IMG/VR virus record: IMGVR_UViG_3300006899_000574
DNA length: 64,000 nucleotides
Strand: one strand, 5' to 3'
Source of the DNA: a virus
Lineage: Duplodnaviria > Heunggongvirae > Uroviricota > Caudoviricetes
Below the pieces are notes generated by a model. The model saw nothing but the letters and a program-made list of their open reading frames with translations, made no database searches and was not told the origin of the DNA. Shown here piece by piece: positions 18,420 to 27,606 of this stretch. Position 1 is the first letter of the stretch. Each line of letters opens with the position of its first letter. The position numbers and the translations under genes are program-made.

Positions 18420-18572
18420 ATGAAGCGTGGGATTATCGGCTCGTATCACCACATCAGCCCGAAGTACCTGCAAGCATACATCGACGAATTTTCCTGGAGG
18501 TTCAGCAATCGGAAGAACGAGAACATCTTTCACGATTTTATGAAGCGAACTTTGCTGGCTACTGCGGCGTGA
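18420..18572 (+). mobile_element. IS1595-family transposase C-terminal tail remnant, copy 2 (50 aa)
   Basis: MKRGIIGSYHHISPKYLQAYIDEFSWRFSNRKNENIFHDFMKRT is the canonical IS1595 Tnp tail. Confidence 0.55.
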
Positions 18573-18582
18573 ACTGGTTTGG

Positions 18583-18957
18583 TCAGTTTACAGTATGATT
18601 TCCAGAGTTCAGTTCGTCCATTTCGGTACCTTCTTTGATCTCAAGTTTATGTTTTCGTGCTATTGTTTCAATAGCTTTTTTCTGCACCTTATTCAAGTGA
18701 TCCCATCTCATTCGCAACCACAGTTTTTTATCATTGGTAATGATGAAATCACGCCAGCCAATGGCTCTCGCATCTGCTCTTATTGAATCATGAAGATTAT
18801 CATTTTTATCTCGATTAAGAATTGTAAAAGCACCAAGACGATGATTCTCCCATTTTGACACTTCACCTTCTGGTGAAAGCCAGAACGATTCATAAGTAAA
18901 AGATTCATACAATGATCCGCCACTCGCATAAAGTCGTTGTAGTTCTACCAGTCTCAT
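18583..18957 (-). CDS. hypothetical protein; cargo 2 (N-terminus shared with the ART-like gene)
   Basis: MRLVELQRLYASGGSLYE then divergent sequence; 124 aa. Confidence 0.5.
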   Translation of the reverse strand: MRLVELQRLYASGGSLYESFTYESFWLSPEGEVSKWENHRLGAFTILNRDKNDNLHDSIRADARAIGWRDFIITNDKKLWLRMRWDHLNKVQKKAIETIARKHKLEIKEGTEMDELNSGNHTVN

Positions 18958-19039
18958 GTCCTTTGTATCTTTAGTAAACAGGCAGGCGATCCAGTTCGAT
19001 CAGACGACATAACTGGATGTACTCTGCGGGATAATTCCG
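18958..19039 (-). promoter_or_regulatory. conserved upstream region of cargo gene 2 with the GGGATAATTCCG motif
   Basis: Duplicate of 17612-17681. Confidence 0.3.
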
Positions 19040-19072
19040 AAAAAAAATCCCCCGGCTGTGACCCCGGGGGAT
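19040..19072 (-). terminator. rho-independent terminator downstream of the capsid gene
   Basis: TCCCCCGG-ctgtga-CCGGGGGA hairpin with an A8 run on the plus strand. Confidence 0.55.
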
Positions 19073-19097
19073 TGCTCAAGTAGGCTCTTCAGAGGGA

Positions 19098-20654
19098 TTA
19101 CTTGATGTTGTTGATTTGCAGGAGCTTGATGAAGCCCGGCTGAATCACGTTTTCGCCCTCAACATGCGCGAGGACAACTTCACGATACATCTGTGGGTAG
19201 TCCAGACCAGCACTGAGTTCTGTCAGTGTGCCGAACGCCAGAGACGGTTCGCCTTCTTCTTGCGCGTTTTTGTATACACAAATCGCTTCTCCAGAAGATG
19301 AAGTTCCCGCTACTGTTGTGGAGTGACTTGGAGTCACGTAGACGTCGATGTCCGCAAGTTTACCCGCGAGATAGGAAGCGCCAACCTTCTGTTGAGAAGA
19401 AGCGGATTTCCACTGGAGGTTCTTACGGAAGTAGTTCACGGCTTTCGGGTTGCCCACGATTTTCGTGATCTCACCACGTTGCAGTGCATCGAAGATATCG
19501 CCACCGATGTTATCGATGGTTGTCAGGATACGCTGAGCGTGGTTAAAGTCGTTGTCGTCGTTTCCACTTGCCGGATCTGCGTCGAACACATATGGAGTGC
19601 TCTGTCCCGCTACGCGTCTTGCGAGCTGGAAGGCTTTGAAGTCACGGCGTTTTGCCATCTCGTCGCCTGCGCGCTTGATGATCTGCTCGTCGAAGTCGCC
19701 GAGTCCAGTGGTCTCGAACGTCAGTTCGGACATCTTGGAGTAAGCGATGCGAATCGGATGCATCATGAGGTGGAATGGACGCTTGTAGACTTTCAGCTGA
19801 ATGTCGTTGTAAGACGAGTAGTTCGCGCTGTTTTCTGCATCCCATACTGCCTGCGCACGGATTTCAACACCAAGTGCTGGAGCCGTAGTCAGAGTCACAG
19901 AGAATGTTCCCGCTGTGTAGCTCACGGTTCCCGAAGACACAGTGGCTGTTGTGCCGCCGCTACCGTTCGGAGTTCCGATGAGGTTTCCCGCACCGTCGTC
20001 TGTGCCCACAAACGCATTACCTACAACGATTTGCACGCTGTGTGGCTTGATATTTGTAGGAGAGAATGTTCCTGTGAACGTTGTAGTCGCGCCGTCACCT
20101 GTGGAAGGTGTGCCGTTGATGGTCTGGAAAGCTCCGCCGTAATCCGCAGTTACTGCGCCGTAATCGTAGATACGATTGCCAGCTGTAGCGCCGCGAATAG
20201 ATGTTCCGTAGACTCCGTCTACATAGAAGAGCGCGTCGTTTACAGACGTAAGTGCCCATTCTGTGAAGACGTCAGCACGGTTGCTGTTCGCCACGCCGAT
20301 GCGGACGATGCGCAACACGTTCTCTGGAGACGTGCCGAAAGCCGAGGAGATTTGGGTTCCGGATTCCCGGATGTGAAGCATGTGTCTGCGCTGGTTTTCC
20401 AGGAGCAGTGCTGTGTTCCGTGCAATGGTAGGAGACTTGGCGTAAACGCTTTCCAGATATTGTCCTTCTGGTCTGCGGTTCCATTCTTCTACAAGACGGT
20501 CCAGAGCTACAATGCGTTTTTCGATGTACTGCTCGCGAGACGCGGCAGGACGATTTTCAGTCAGTGACTGCTGTGCAGGAAGTCGGCGTCCGTGCTTGTA
20601 GGCAACGGGTGCTGGGAGACGACCGGCAACAGGCGCATTTCTGAGTCGTTGCAT
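19098..20654 (-). CDS. putative major capsid protein
   Basis: 518 aa; the ORF is bracketed by strong terminators at 19040-19072 and 20792-20826 (the upstream one separates it from the scaffold-like gene); Gly/Thr-rich insertion domain; lies downstream of a scaffold-like gene. Confidence 0.5.
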   Translation of the reverse strand: MQRLRNAPVAGRLPAPVAYKHGRRLPAQQSLTENRPAASREQYIEKRIVALDRLVEEWNRRPEGQYLESVYAKSPTIARNTALLLENQRRHMLHIRESGTQISSAFGTSPENVLRIVRIGVANSNRADVFTEWALTSVNDALFYVDGVYGTSIRGATAGNRIYDYGAVTADYGGAFQTINGTPSTGDGATTTFTGTFSPTNIKPHSVQIVVGNAFVGTDDGAGNLIGTPNGSGGTTATVSSGTVSYTAGTFSVTLTTAPALGVEIRAQAVWDAENSANYSSYNDIQLKVYKRPFHLMMHPIRIAYSKMSELTFETTGLGDFDEQIIKRAGDEMAKRRDFKAFQLARRVAGQSTPYVFDADPASGNDDNDFNHAQRILTTIDNIGGDIFDALQRGEITKIVGNPKAVNYFRKNLQWKSASSQQKVGASYLAGKLADIDVYVTPSHSTTVAGTSSSGEAICVYKNAQEEGEPSLAFGTLTELSAGLDYPQMYREVVLAHVEGENVIQPGFIKLLQINNIK

Positions 20655-20791
20655 ATAGTAACCTTTTGGTTTGTTTGATTGAGGGCCGAACTCACTCTCT
20701 CAGCCTGCGAGCCTTGGTCCGAAAATCTTAGCCGGGCTGTCGGATTCAGCCCCCTTGCGCTTTTAGTGTGGGAAGATTTCAGAGATCAGGG

Positions 20792-20826
20792 CAAAAAAAA
20801 AGCCCGGGGCAACCCGGGCTTTTCGT
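20792..20826. terminator. bidirectional rho-independent terminator
   Basis: A9-GCCCGGGG-caa-CCCCGGGC-TTTT. Confidence 0.55.
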
Positions 20827-20836
20827 CTGCCGACAT

Positions 20837-22699
20837 TTACAGTCGGTCTCTGAGCCAGGATGGTCGATTCGCCGCCCGGCTGGACTCCGTGAAGCTGGTT
20901 CCACTGTCTTCGCTGGCGCGAATCACGGGGTCTTCACCATTCCTTGTCATGGCTTCCACTACGCGCACGGCTTCGAACAACGTCTTGCTGTTCAGCACGG
21001 CATCGCGATGGCGCTGGAGTGCGGGGTATTCTGCGGCTTTCTGCTCGTAGAAGCTCCGGATCTCGTTGCGCACCACGGACTCCTTGATTCCCTCAGCAGG
21101 CGCTTTGCGAGAAGCAGAGTTTGCGCGCTCACCCATTGTGTAGCCCCGAGAACTTGCCTGACGGCGCATGGCGGGACTTGCGGTCTCCTGTCCCTTGCCT
21201 TCGGAATTTTCCTGCGGGAACCTGGGGTTAACAGCACGCGGAGCCCCGATGACTTCCGCATACGGATCGTCTTCCAGGCCGGCTTCGCGCAGTCTGTTGC
21301 GAAGGATAGCAATGCTCTCCTCTGCGACTGCGAGGTCTTCCGTGAGGTTGGTCACGCTGGCCACGAGCTTCAACACATCGCCTTCCATAACCATGCGGTC
21401 TTTGAGGGATTTCTTGATGTCGCCGTCGCGAGCCTCAAGTTGTTTCACCAGGAATTCGTTGTCGGCCACGAGTTCGCGGTTTTCGCCTTCGTAGACCTTG
21501 TTGTCTTTGGAGATTTTGTTGATTTCCTTCTCGTAAATCTGAAGATCAGCGTCTTTGATTTTTTCGTTGAGCTTGTATTTGGCTTCATTGGCCTTGAAGG
21601 TCTCGATGGACTCCGCCATGTCGTCAACTACCTTGAGCTTGTCCAGAGTCTCTGGAGTTCCGCCCAGGCGTTCGATTACCGCCACCATCTGCTTGTTGGC
21701 CTTGCGGGCTTCCACCAGCATCTGCTCGGCAAGAGCGAGTTTTTTTGCCGTGCCCTGGAGCGCTACCTGAGCGTCCTGACCCTTGAGAGCGGCTTCGCTG
21801 ATTGCGGCTTCCAGTTGCTCGCGGGCTTCTGCGATCTTCTGGCGTTCAGCCGGCATGCTTTCGACTACGACCGCAAAGCCTTTGAGGTCTTCGAAACGCT
21901 CTGTGAGTTCTTGCAGATCGCCGGACTTCAGAGCTTTGTTTGCGAGCTTCACGCGCTCGGATGTCTGGTACTTTGCATTGCCTTCAAGCAGTTTTACTTG
22001 ATCCATATTATTGCTGTTCCTCGCTTCTGATTTAGAAGTACTTCTGTCATTAGTATTTTGATTTTCCCGAAATCCCGTGTTTTCACCGAGATTTGCGATG
22101 GTTGCAAATACTCCCTGACTGGGCTGAAACACGCAGTCCGTGCGCTCATAGATGAAGGTCTCGGGATCAACAACTCCCTCAAGGATGAAGCCGTTGGCGT
22201 CGTAGTAGTTCTCCTTGATCTGGCCGAATCCCACTGTTGACAGCCCCACGCCTTTGGCGCCGGCTTGCAGGGTTTCGAGGATGAGCTTGCCGATGGGGCC
22301 CACGAGATACCAGTCCACGTATCCACATTCCTCTCCCAGCCTGGCGTTGTGGAAGACGCCGCAGATGCGCTCCATACTGCCGTCGCCGCTGTGCGGGTGG
22401 TAGTTGGTGTTCTCCAGTGGATGGTCGCAGAACGACAGACTGCCTTCGATGGTCTCCAGCACGCGTTGCCATAGCTCTCTGAGATACGTGCGGCCGTTGC
22501 GGTTGCGTGTGAACCTCGTGAACGGCACGTTGCGTACGATTGCGAGTGCCTGGTATTTGCCCTGCGTGCCTTCAGTCAGGACTCCGGGCTCACAGCGTTC
22601 AATGGTTACTCCGGTGTCGCCAAGGCTCACCTGAGATGATTCTACGAGCACGCGTAAACCGAGTTTAGCCGCTCTGGACTCCAGATATGTGGTGGTCAT
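20837..22699 (-). CDS. putative prohead scaffolding protein with long coiled coil (N-terminal globular domain, possibly a protease)
   Basis: About 300 aa of heptad-rich E/K/A/L sequence in the centre; position just upstream of the MCP. Confidence 0.4.
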   Translation of the reverse strand: MTTTYLESRAAKLGLRVLVESSQVSLGDTGVTIERCEPGVLTEGTQGKYQALAIVRNVPFTRFTRNRNGRTYLRELWQRVLETIEGSLSFCDHPLENTNYHPHSGDGSMERICGVFHNARLGEECGYVDWYLVGPIGKLILETLQAGAKGVGLSTVGFGQIKENYYDANGFILEGVVDPETFIYERTDCVFQPSQGVFATIANLGENTGFRENQNTNDRSTSKSEARNSNNMDQVKLLEGNAKYQTSERVKLANKALKSGDLQELTERFEDLKGFAVVVESMPAERQKIAEAREQLEAAISEAALKGQDAQVALQGTAKKLALAEQMLVEARKANKQMVAVIERLGGTPETLDKLKVVDDMAESIETFKANEAKYKLNEKIKDADLQIYEKEINKISKDNKVYEGENRELVADNEFLVKQLEARDGDIKKSLKDRMVMEGDVLKLVASVTNLTEDLAVAEESIAILRNRLREAGLEDDPYAEVIGAPRAVNPRFPQENSEGKGQETASPAMRRQASSRGYTMGERANSASRKAPAEGIKESVVRNEIRSFYEQKAAEYPALQRHRDAVLNSKTLFEAVRVVEAMTRNGEDPVIRASEDSGTSFTESSRAANRPSWLRDRL

Positions 22700-22729
22700 A
22701 CCTGAAGTTAGTGAAGACCGTAGTTGGCT

Positions 22730-23113
22730 TCAGGCCTGAAGCGTGCAGGGAGTCGTCATCAGAGATGAGAAGCTCAAGGCATGTGCGGTGACGTTTCGGA
22801 GGCCGCGCAGTGCTTGTTGTTGCCGCAGGCGGCCCGAGGGGTTCATGGAGTGCAACACCACAACAGCGGGGCACAACAGTTCGTGCGCCTCCATCCACAA
22901 CGTGACTTCGTAACCGGTGTTCTCCACCCTGGTCACCATGACTTCACCACCGAGATCGTGATCGAGAAACGCGATGTCGAAACTCTGGGACGTCAGTGCC
23001 TGTATGGCTTCAGCCGCTGTGTGAACAAAGACAACGTCGTGTCCGGGCGTCAGCCATCTGCTGAAAGCCCGGTGCCGGTTGTCATCATCGTCAAGAAAAA
23101 GGATGCGCATCAA
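22730..23113 (-). CDS. stand-alone CheY-like receiver (REC) domain protein
   Basis: ILFLDDDD acidic pocket, phospho-acceptor FLDHDL, VVLHSMNP; 127 aa. Confidence 0.55.
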   Translation of the reverse strand: MMRILFLDDDDNRHRAFSRWLTPGHDVVFVHTAAEAIQALTSQSFDIAFLDHDLGGEVMVTRVENTGYEVTLWMEAHELLCPAVVVLHSMNPSGRLRQQQALRGLRNVTAHALSFSSLMTTPCTLQA

Positions 23114-25305
23114 TCTTTCAGCGGCTTCTGCGCGTCTCTCATCATGGAGTTGATTTTCATTCTGGCTTCATGCCAGGAGTTGGCTTTCGCCAGGGGTTCC
23201 GCACCTCTCATGGACTTGTCGAAGATGCCGAACTTCCCGCCGGCAAGCATGCGGATTTCCATTACCTGACGTGCGAGTTTCTCCTGGACTTTCTCGCCTG
23301 CCTTCTCGGCTGATTGAGTCTCAACCACGCGCTGGAGCTGAAACAAGGGTTCTCTGGTTTCGGCGTCATTGATGCCGATGTCGTTCTCCCCCAGGTCTTC
23401 GACTTCGATCTGATGGGCTTTGACGTCACGCCTCAGCTCACCTGCGGCAATCAGGATGTCAACGAGCTGTTGCTCTTCTTCTTCTGTAATGCCCATCGCC
23501 ACTTCTGGAGGAAGTTCTACGAACCTGCCGGTATGATGCGCGTCATTGACTTCAAAACCTTCTTCTGCATTTCCCCAGACATCAAGCCAGATGACTTCCC
23601 ACCGGTTGTTGCCTTCTGTGGATTCCCGGATACCTCCTCCTGCGGGCTGAGTGCTTACGTCTACAGACACGTAGTAGTAGAGATCGCCGCCTTCGTCTTG
23701 CAGAACGTCTTCGATCATCCCCTCTAACTCATCTGCTTTGTCTTCATAGACATCGTCGGTTTCTGGATCTATAAACTCTGGATTTTCCGCCAGGATTTCG
23801 TCGCGAATTTGTGTTTTCAACTCCTCCACTGCGGATGAAGATGCGCCAGCGCTTGCGGCTTCTGTTGCGATTGCGGACTCGATCTGACTTAAATCCCAAT
23901 CATCTGAAGCCAGTTGATCAAGTGCGTCTTCCAGAGCGTCTTCAAATGTGTCTCCGGCTCCAGTTGCGGTGTCCTCCATATCGGAATGCGCGAGACCGTG
24001 GCCCCGGAAATATTGCGCGTGATCAATTCCGTGATCGTGGATGACATAGCTACGAGCTACTTTGCCTTCTGTGGATTCCTGAAGCATGGAGGTGCCATTA
24101 GAAATGCGAGAGATGATGTCTTCAGCAACATTGAAGAGAGTTACGTCCAGTCCTTTCACTTGTGGGCGAGGAGAACCCACCTCCTTGTAAACCGTTGCCA
24201 GAGCGGGATCATCTGTAGGGCCTACGCCATGATTGAGGATCGGACCCATTATTACCAACCACAGTGCTCGATCATCTACGTCCTGGAGTTTGCCCAGGTT
24301 TTCGGAGCCAATTTGTTCTGCAATTTGTCTCACGAGTTCTTCGACTGGCGCAATGTAACTATCTATGTCAATCCCGTGTTCTTGCAACCCTATAGGCACA
24401 GTTTCCGTAATGTCTTCCTGAGACCTGACAAAATCGGATAGCGCGTCATGGTTTTCGCGTTCCAGCGCATCCGCTACCGACATAGAAATAAGATCGCGTG
24501 CTACTTCTTTGATCAGTAAGGATGATCCTTCTACGGATTCCTGAAGCGAGGATGGATCATCACCAGAGAGTCTGTCTCCGTCTTCGTTAACCCGCGCGCC
24601 GGAGGGAACCATGTCCCGCTTCAATTGCGAAGTGATGGAGGTCCGAGCTTTCTGGAACCCGCGTCCATTTGCTGACATCTTCGGAGCGCCTGCAATCTGC
24701 CACTGGTAAGTATCACCCTGTTTGGAGAGGTTGATATCAATGCCGTAGTCATCCAGAACTGCGGAGAGTTGCTTGAAGTTTTTTGCCGCGTTCATGCGGG
24801 CTTCGAACTCAGCGGGGTCAATTGAACTCAGTTGTTGCTGAACATGCGTCAGTGACTCGTTCCATCGCGGGGCCGGAGACTGTGCCACTCTAGCGGATTC
24901 CATCATGCCGTCTTCTGCTTCGCCCTTGCTGGAGTAGATGACGGTGTCGTTTTGCATATGCTTTGCGGCGAGATCAGCGGCCTCGTAGCCGTCGCCTACG
25001 CTGGAGGAGGCCTCGGAGTTCGTGAAGCTCAGAAGGTCTTGTGCTATGGCCGCAGGGAACGTGGCCTGCACGATGTCCATGCCTTCATCTACCCCGGCCC
25101 AGTAGCTGGGGGATCTTGCGGCGTCGTTGTCGCTGACGCCATACAGGTAGCCGTCGCCGATGTAGCAGAGGTAGAGTTGAACGGTTTGACCTGACTCAAG
25201 ATTTTCCACCACCTGGCGTTCTTGTAGCACGCGCTGAGCGCCGGCTACAGCACGAAGGTATCTCTGGTATTGAGGATCACGGGGGTCACGAGTAGAGGGA
25301 GTCAT
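23110..25305 (-). CDS. large highly acidic hypothetical protein (portal or virion protein candidate)
   Basis: 731 aa, D/E-rich; positioned upstream of REC, scaffold and MCP. Confidence 0.45.
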   Translation of the reverse strand: MTPSTRDPRDPQYQRYLRAVAGAQRVLQERQVVENLESGQTVQLYLCYIGDGYLYGVSDNDAARSPSYWAGVDEGMDIVQATFPAAIAQDLLSFTNSEASSSVGDGYEAADLAAKHMQNDTVIYSSKGEAEDGMMESARVAQSPAPRWNESLTHVQQQLSSIDPAEFEARMNAAKNFKQLSAVLDDYGIDINLSKQGDTYQWQIAGAPKMSANGRGFQKARTSITSQLKRDMVPSGARVNEDGDRLSGDDPSSLQESVEGSSLLIKEVARDLISMSVADALERENHDALSDFVRSQEDITETVPIGLQEHGIDIDSYIAPVEELVRQIAEQIGSENLGKLQDVDDRALWLVIMGPILNHGVGPTDDPALATVYKEVGSPRPQVKGLDVTLFNVAEDIISRISNGTSMLQESTEGKVARSYVIHDHGIDHAQYFRGHGLAHSDMEDTATGAGDTFEDALEDALDQLASDDWDLSQIESAIATEAASAGASSSAVEELKTQIRDEILAENPEFIDPETDDVYEDKADELEGMIEDVLQDEGGDLYYYVSVDVSTQPAGGGIRESTEGNNRWEVIWLDVWGNAEEGFEVNDAHHTGRFVELPPEVAMGITEEEEQQLVDILIAAGELRRDVKAHQIEVEDLGENDIGINDAETREPLFQLQRVVETQSAEKAGEKVQEKLARQVMEIRMLAGGKFGIFDKSMRGAEPLAKANSWHEARMKINSMMRDAQKPLKD

Positions 25306-25341
25306 GCTGGTTTAGTCTCCTTCTGCCGCTGGAGATCGTAG

Positions 25342-25650
25342 TCAGAACAGCAGAGATTCCCTTATAGCCTGACACGTATTTATGTCAAGCGAGAAAAACA
25401 ACAGGCCCTGGATCTTGGCGTCATTGCATTGCAACACCACCCAGCCGGCTTTCCAGTCCCAGGCCTTGACGTCACACCGAAAGCCATTGAGCGCGTGAGC
25501 CGGAGACAGCTTCTTCGTGCCCGCCATTGCGGGGATACATTCTCCTGTCTTTCCGTTGAACACAAACCAGTCGTGATTGTCCTGGGGTTCCTCCTGAGCG
25601 CTGAGGGCCATAGGCCACAACAGCGCCAGGGTAAGAAGCAGGGCTTTCAT
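25342..25650 (-). CDS. small secreted protein
   Basis: Signal peptide MKALLLTLALLWPMALSA. Confidence 0.45.
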   Translation of the reverse strand: MKALLLTLALLWPMALSAQEEPQDNHDWFVFNGKTGECIPAMAGTKKLSPAHALNGFRCDVKAWDWKAGWVVLQCNDAKIQGLLFFSLDINTCQAIRESLLF

Positions 25651-27251
25651 TACTTTCGGACCTCGCGGAACTTGGCGTGACGGCTGGACTCTGTCTTACT
25701 GAGCAGTTTGTTTAAGACAGAACGGACTTTCTTCACGGCCATAACCAGGCGATCTTCAAGATTATTGACTGCACCTTCATTCTTTTGAATGATTGCTGTC
25801 CATTGCGGTAAGCGAGTGCTGGGTAACGCTTCCAGACTGTATCGCATCTCGCCTCCTGGTAGCTTCTGAATTTTGACGTCCAGTTCGACTGGAGCAAATC
25901 TAGGCCCTAGCCCTGAAGGCTGAATCTGAATGCTCATGATCGCGAATGGCAGACCGAGTTCCTTGTTATGGCCTGCACTCTTTAACTCAAAGCTGACGTC
26001 GTCCTCGTTGAAAAACGTACGCTCCAGAAAGTCGATTGCGTTATCCAGGTCGATATAGAGCGTATCCACTGGAGACGCTTCCCGGAACTTGAAGCGGTTC
26101 TTCACAAGAGCGTCGTAGATGTCCTTGCGGCTTCCCGACGCCAGGCGAACATCCTTACCGTCTGGAGTCTTTGTCCAGAGGTCGAGATATCCGTAGGAGC
26201 CAGCGAGACGGAAGTCGGAGCCCTCCGCATTGAACCTCGCGATCATGTCTTCGAGATCGGCTTGTGACACCCGGCGGTTCTCCTTCAGATCCTCGGGGTA
26301 GTCTACGATGAAGTAAGCGGTTCCCTGTGGTTGGAACTTCAGCTTCGCTGTGGTGAGAACAGATTTGACTTTGTCCGCCCAGGTCTTCTCTTCCGCTTGC
26401 TCCAGTGCTTCTGCGGGCTTCACAACGGCTTGCTTATCGGTGTTGGGCTCCACAATTGCCTTGAGGTTCTGGGGGCCAAGGAGACCAGAGATCCGGTTCT
26501 GAAGCGCAGTGACTTTCTTGTCATCGGCTTCCTGGAATCCGCTCCAGTCATCACTACCTGCTGGAAGTGTGCGCTGAGCCGCGCCACCTCTACTGCGGTT
26601 CTTCTTGTGGATGAAGTTCATGTAGAAGTCCTTGAGTTCCTGCACGGCCCTGGGGTCTGCGGCGATCTCCGGAATCGACTTGTGGTGTGCGGCATCTGCA
26701 TTTCCGTTGGTCTGGATGCCCACTGCGCGGTTGGCGCCTTTGGAAATCGTTACGCGCCAGTTGCCATTGACATCGAATCCACTGTCGTGGATGTAGAATC
26801 CGTCGCCAATGTCTGTGCTCCGGCGTGCTTCTCCGATCCACTTCGCGGCACGACTTCCTCGCGGATACGGAGCATGGCCGCCAACAGAGGGCCTCCGTGC
26901 TTCTGCGTCGTATTTGGCATCCAGACGCTTCCGTTTCCGATCCCAGTTCAGGGCCTGTCCAGCCGGGTATTCTTCGCTGGTCTCCCAGCGGCCATTGTGT
27001 AGAACCTCTACCGTAACCTGGTTGTTGTAAGGCGCGCCATCGGCTTTCTTCATGCGCGACAGCCACACACGAGTCCTGCCATCATCAAACTTCAGATTGT
27101 CGGCCTGACTTTGACTGAGAGTAGGCATGGCACGGAGTTCATCCAGAGTGTAGTGACTGTGTTGGCCTTCGATAAGCTTGCGTTCCTGGAGTGCCCAGAG
27201 TTCGTCTTTAAGGGGCTGTTGGAATTCGGACGACAGATGACTGAAGTTCAT
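25650..27251 (-). CDS. hypothetical protein
   Basis: 533-aa ORF. Confidence 0.5.
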   Translation of the reverse strand: MNFSHLSSEFQQPLKDELWALQERKLIEGQHSHYTLDELRAMPTLSQSQADNLKFDDGRTRVWLSRMKKADGAPYNNQVTVEVLHNGRWETSEEYPAGQALNWDRKRKRLDAKYDAEARRPSVGGHAPYPRGSRAAKWIGEARRSTDIGDGFYIHDSGFDVNGNWRVTISKGANRAVGIQTNGNADAAHHKSIPEIAADPRAVQELKDFYMNFIHKKNRSRGGAAQRTLPAGSDDWSGFQEADDKKVTALQNRISGLLGPQNLKAIVEPNTDKQAVVKPAEALEQAEEKTWADKVKSVLTTAKLKFQPQGTAYFIVDYPEDLKENRRVSQADLEDMIARFNAEGSDFRLAGSYGYLDLWTKTPDGKDVRLASGSRKDIYDALVKNRFKFREASPVDTLYIDLDNAIDFLERTFFNEDDVSFELKSAGHNKELGLPFAIMSIQIQPSGLGPRFAPVELDVKIQKLPGGEMRYSLEALPSTRLPQWTAIIQKNEGAVNNLEDRLVMAVKKVRSVLNKLLSKTESSRHAKFREVRK

Positions 27252-27294
27252 AGAGGTTTAGTGCGAACCCTCATCGTGATTTGTCACGCCCTTT

Positions 27295-27606
27295 TTACAA
27301 AGTGTCCCTGCACCAGGCCTTTCTTAATCGCGAGTTGCAGAGCCTGTTGGCCGGGGCGAGCAGATTGTCTTCCTGGCGTGGGGCCGGCAATCTGGCGCCG
27401 TGCTTTCGCAGATAGTCGTCATCGCTGACGCCTGATGTGCGCGGCGAAGCTAGTGGATTTTTGGACGCCAAGTTCTGAAGATTGGTTGGCGTATGTTTGT
27501 AATCCATTACGCCTTCGCGTAGTGCGCGCATCTCGCGGTCAGTATCTCCCTCGCGAAGGAAACGCATGTCTGCGGCGTATCTGGAGTCGATCATAGTCTC
27601 TCTCAT
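27295..27606 (-). CDS. hypothetical protein
   Basis: 103 aa; ATGA coupling. Confidence 0.3.
   Translation of the reverse strand: MRETMIDSRYAADMRFLREGDTDREMRALREGVMDYKHTPTNLQNLASKNPLASPRTSGVSDDDYLRKHGARLPAPRQEDNLLAPANRLCNSRLRKAWCRDTL

Noticed and set aside
19323-20567. 414-aa plus-strand ORF and several other long plus-strand ORFs (20768-22030, 12076-12879, 33734-34642, 40327-40869, 44660-45331)
   Set aside because: Each lies entirely antisense to a well-supported minus-strand gene (MCP, scaffold, phosphoesterase, ATPase, structural protein). Their composition is low-complexity or Arg/Cys/Ser-rich, typical of GC-biased antisense frames, with no independent support.
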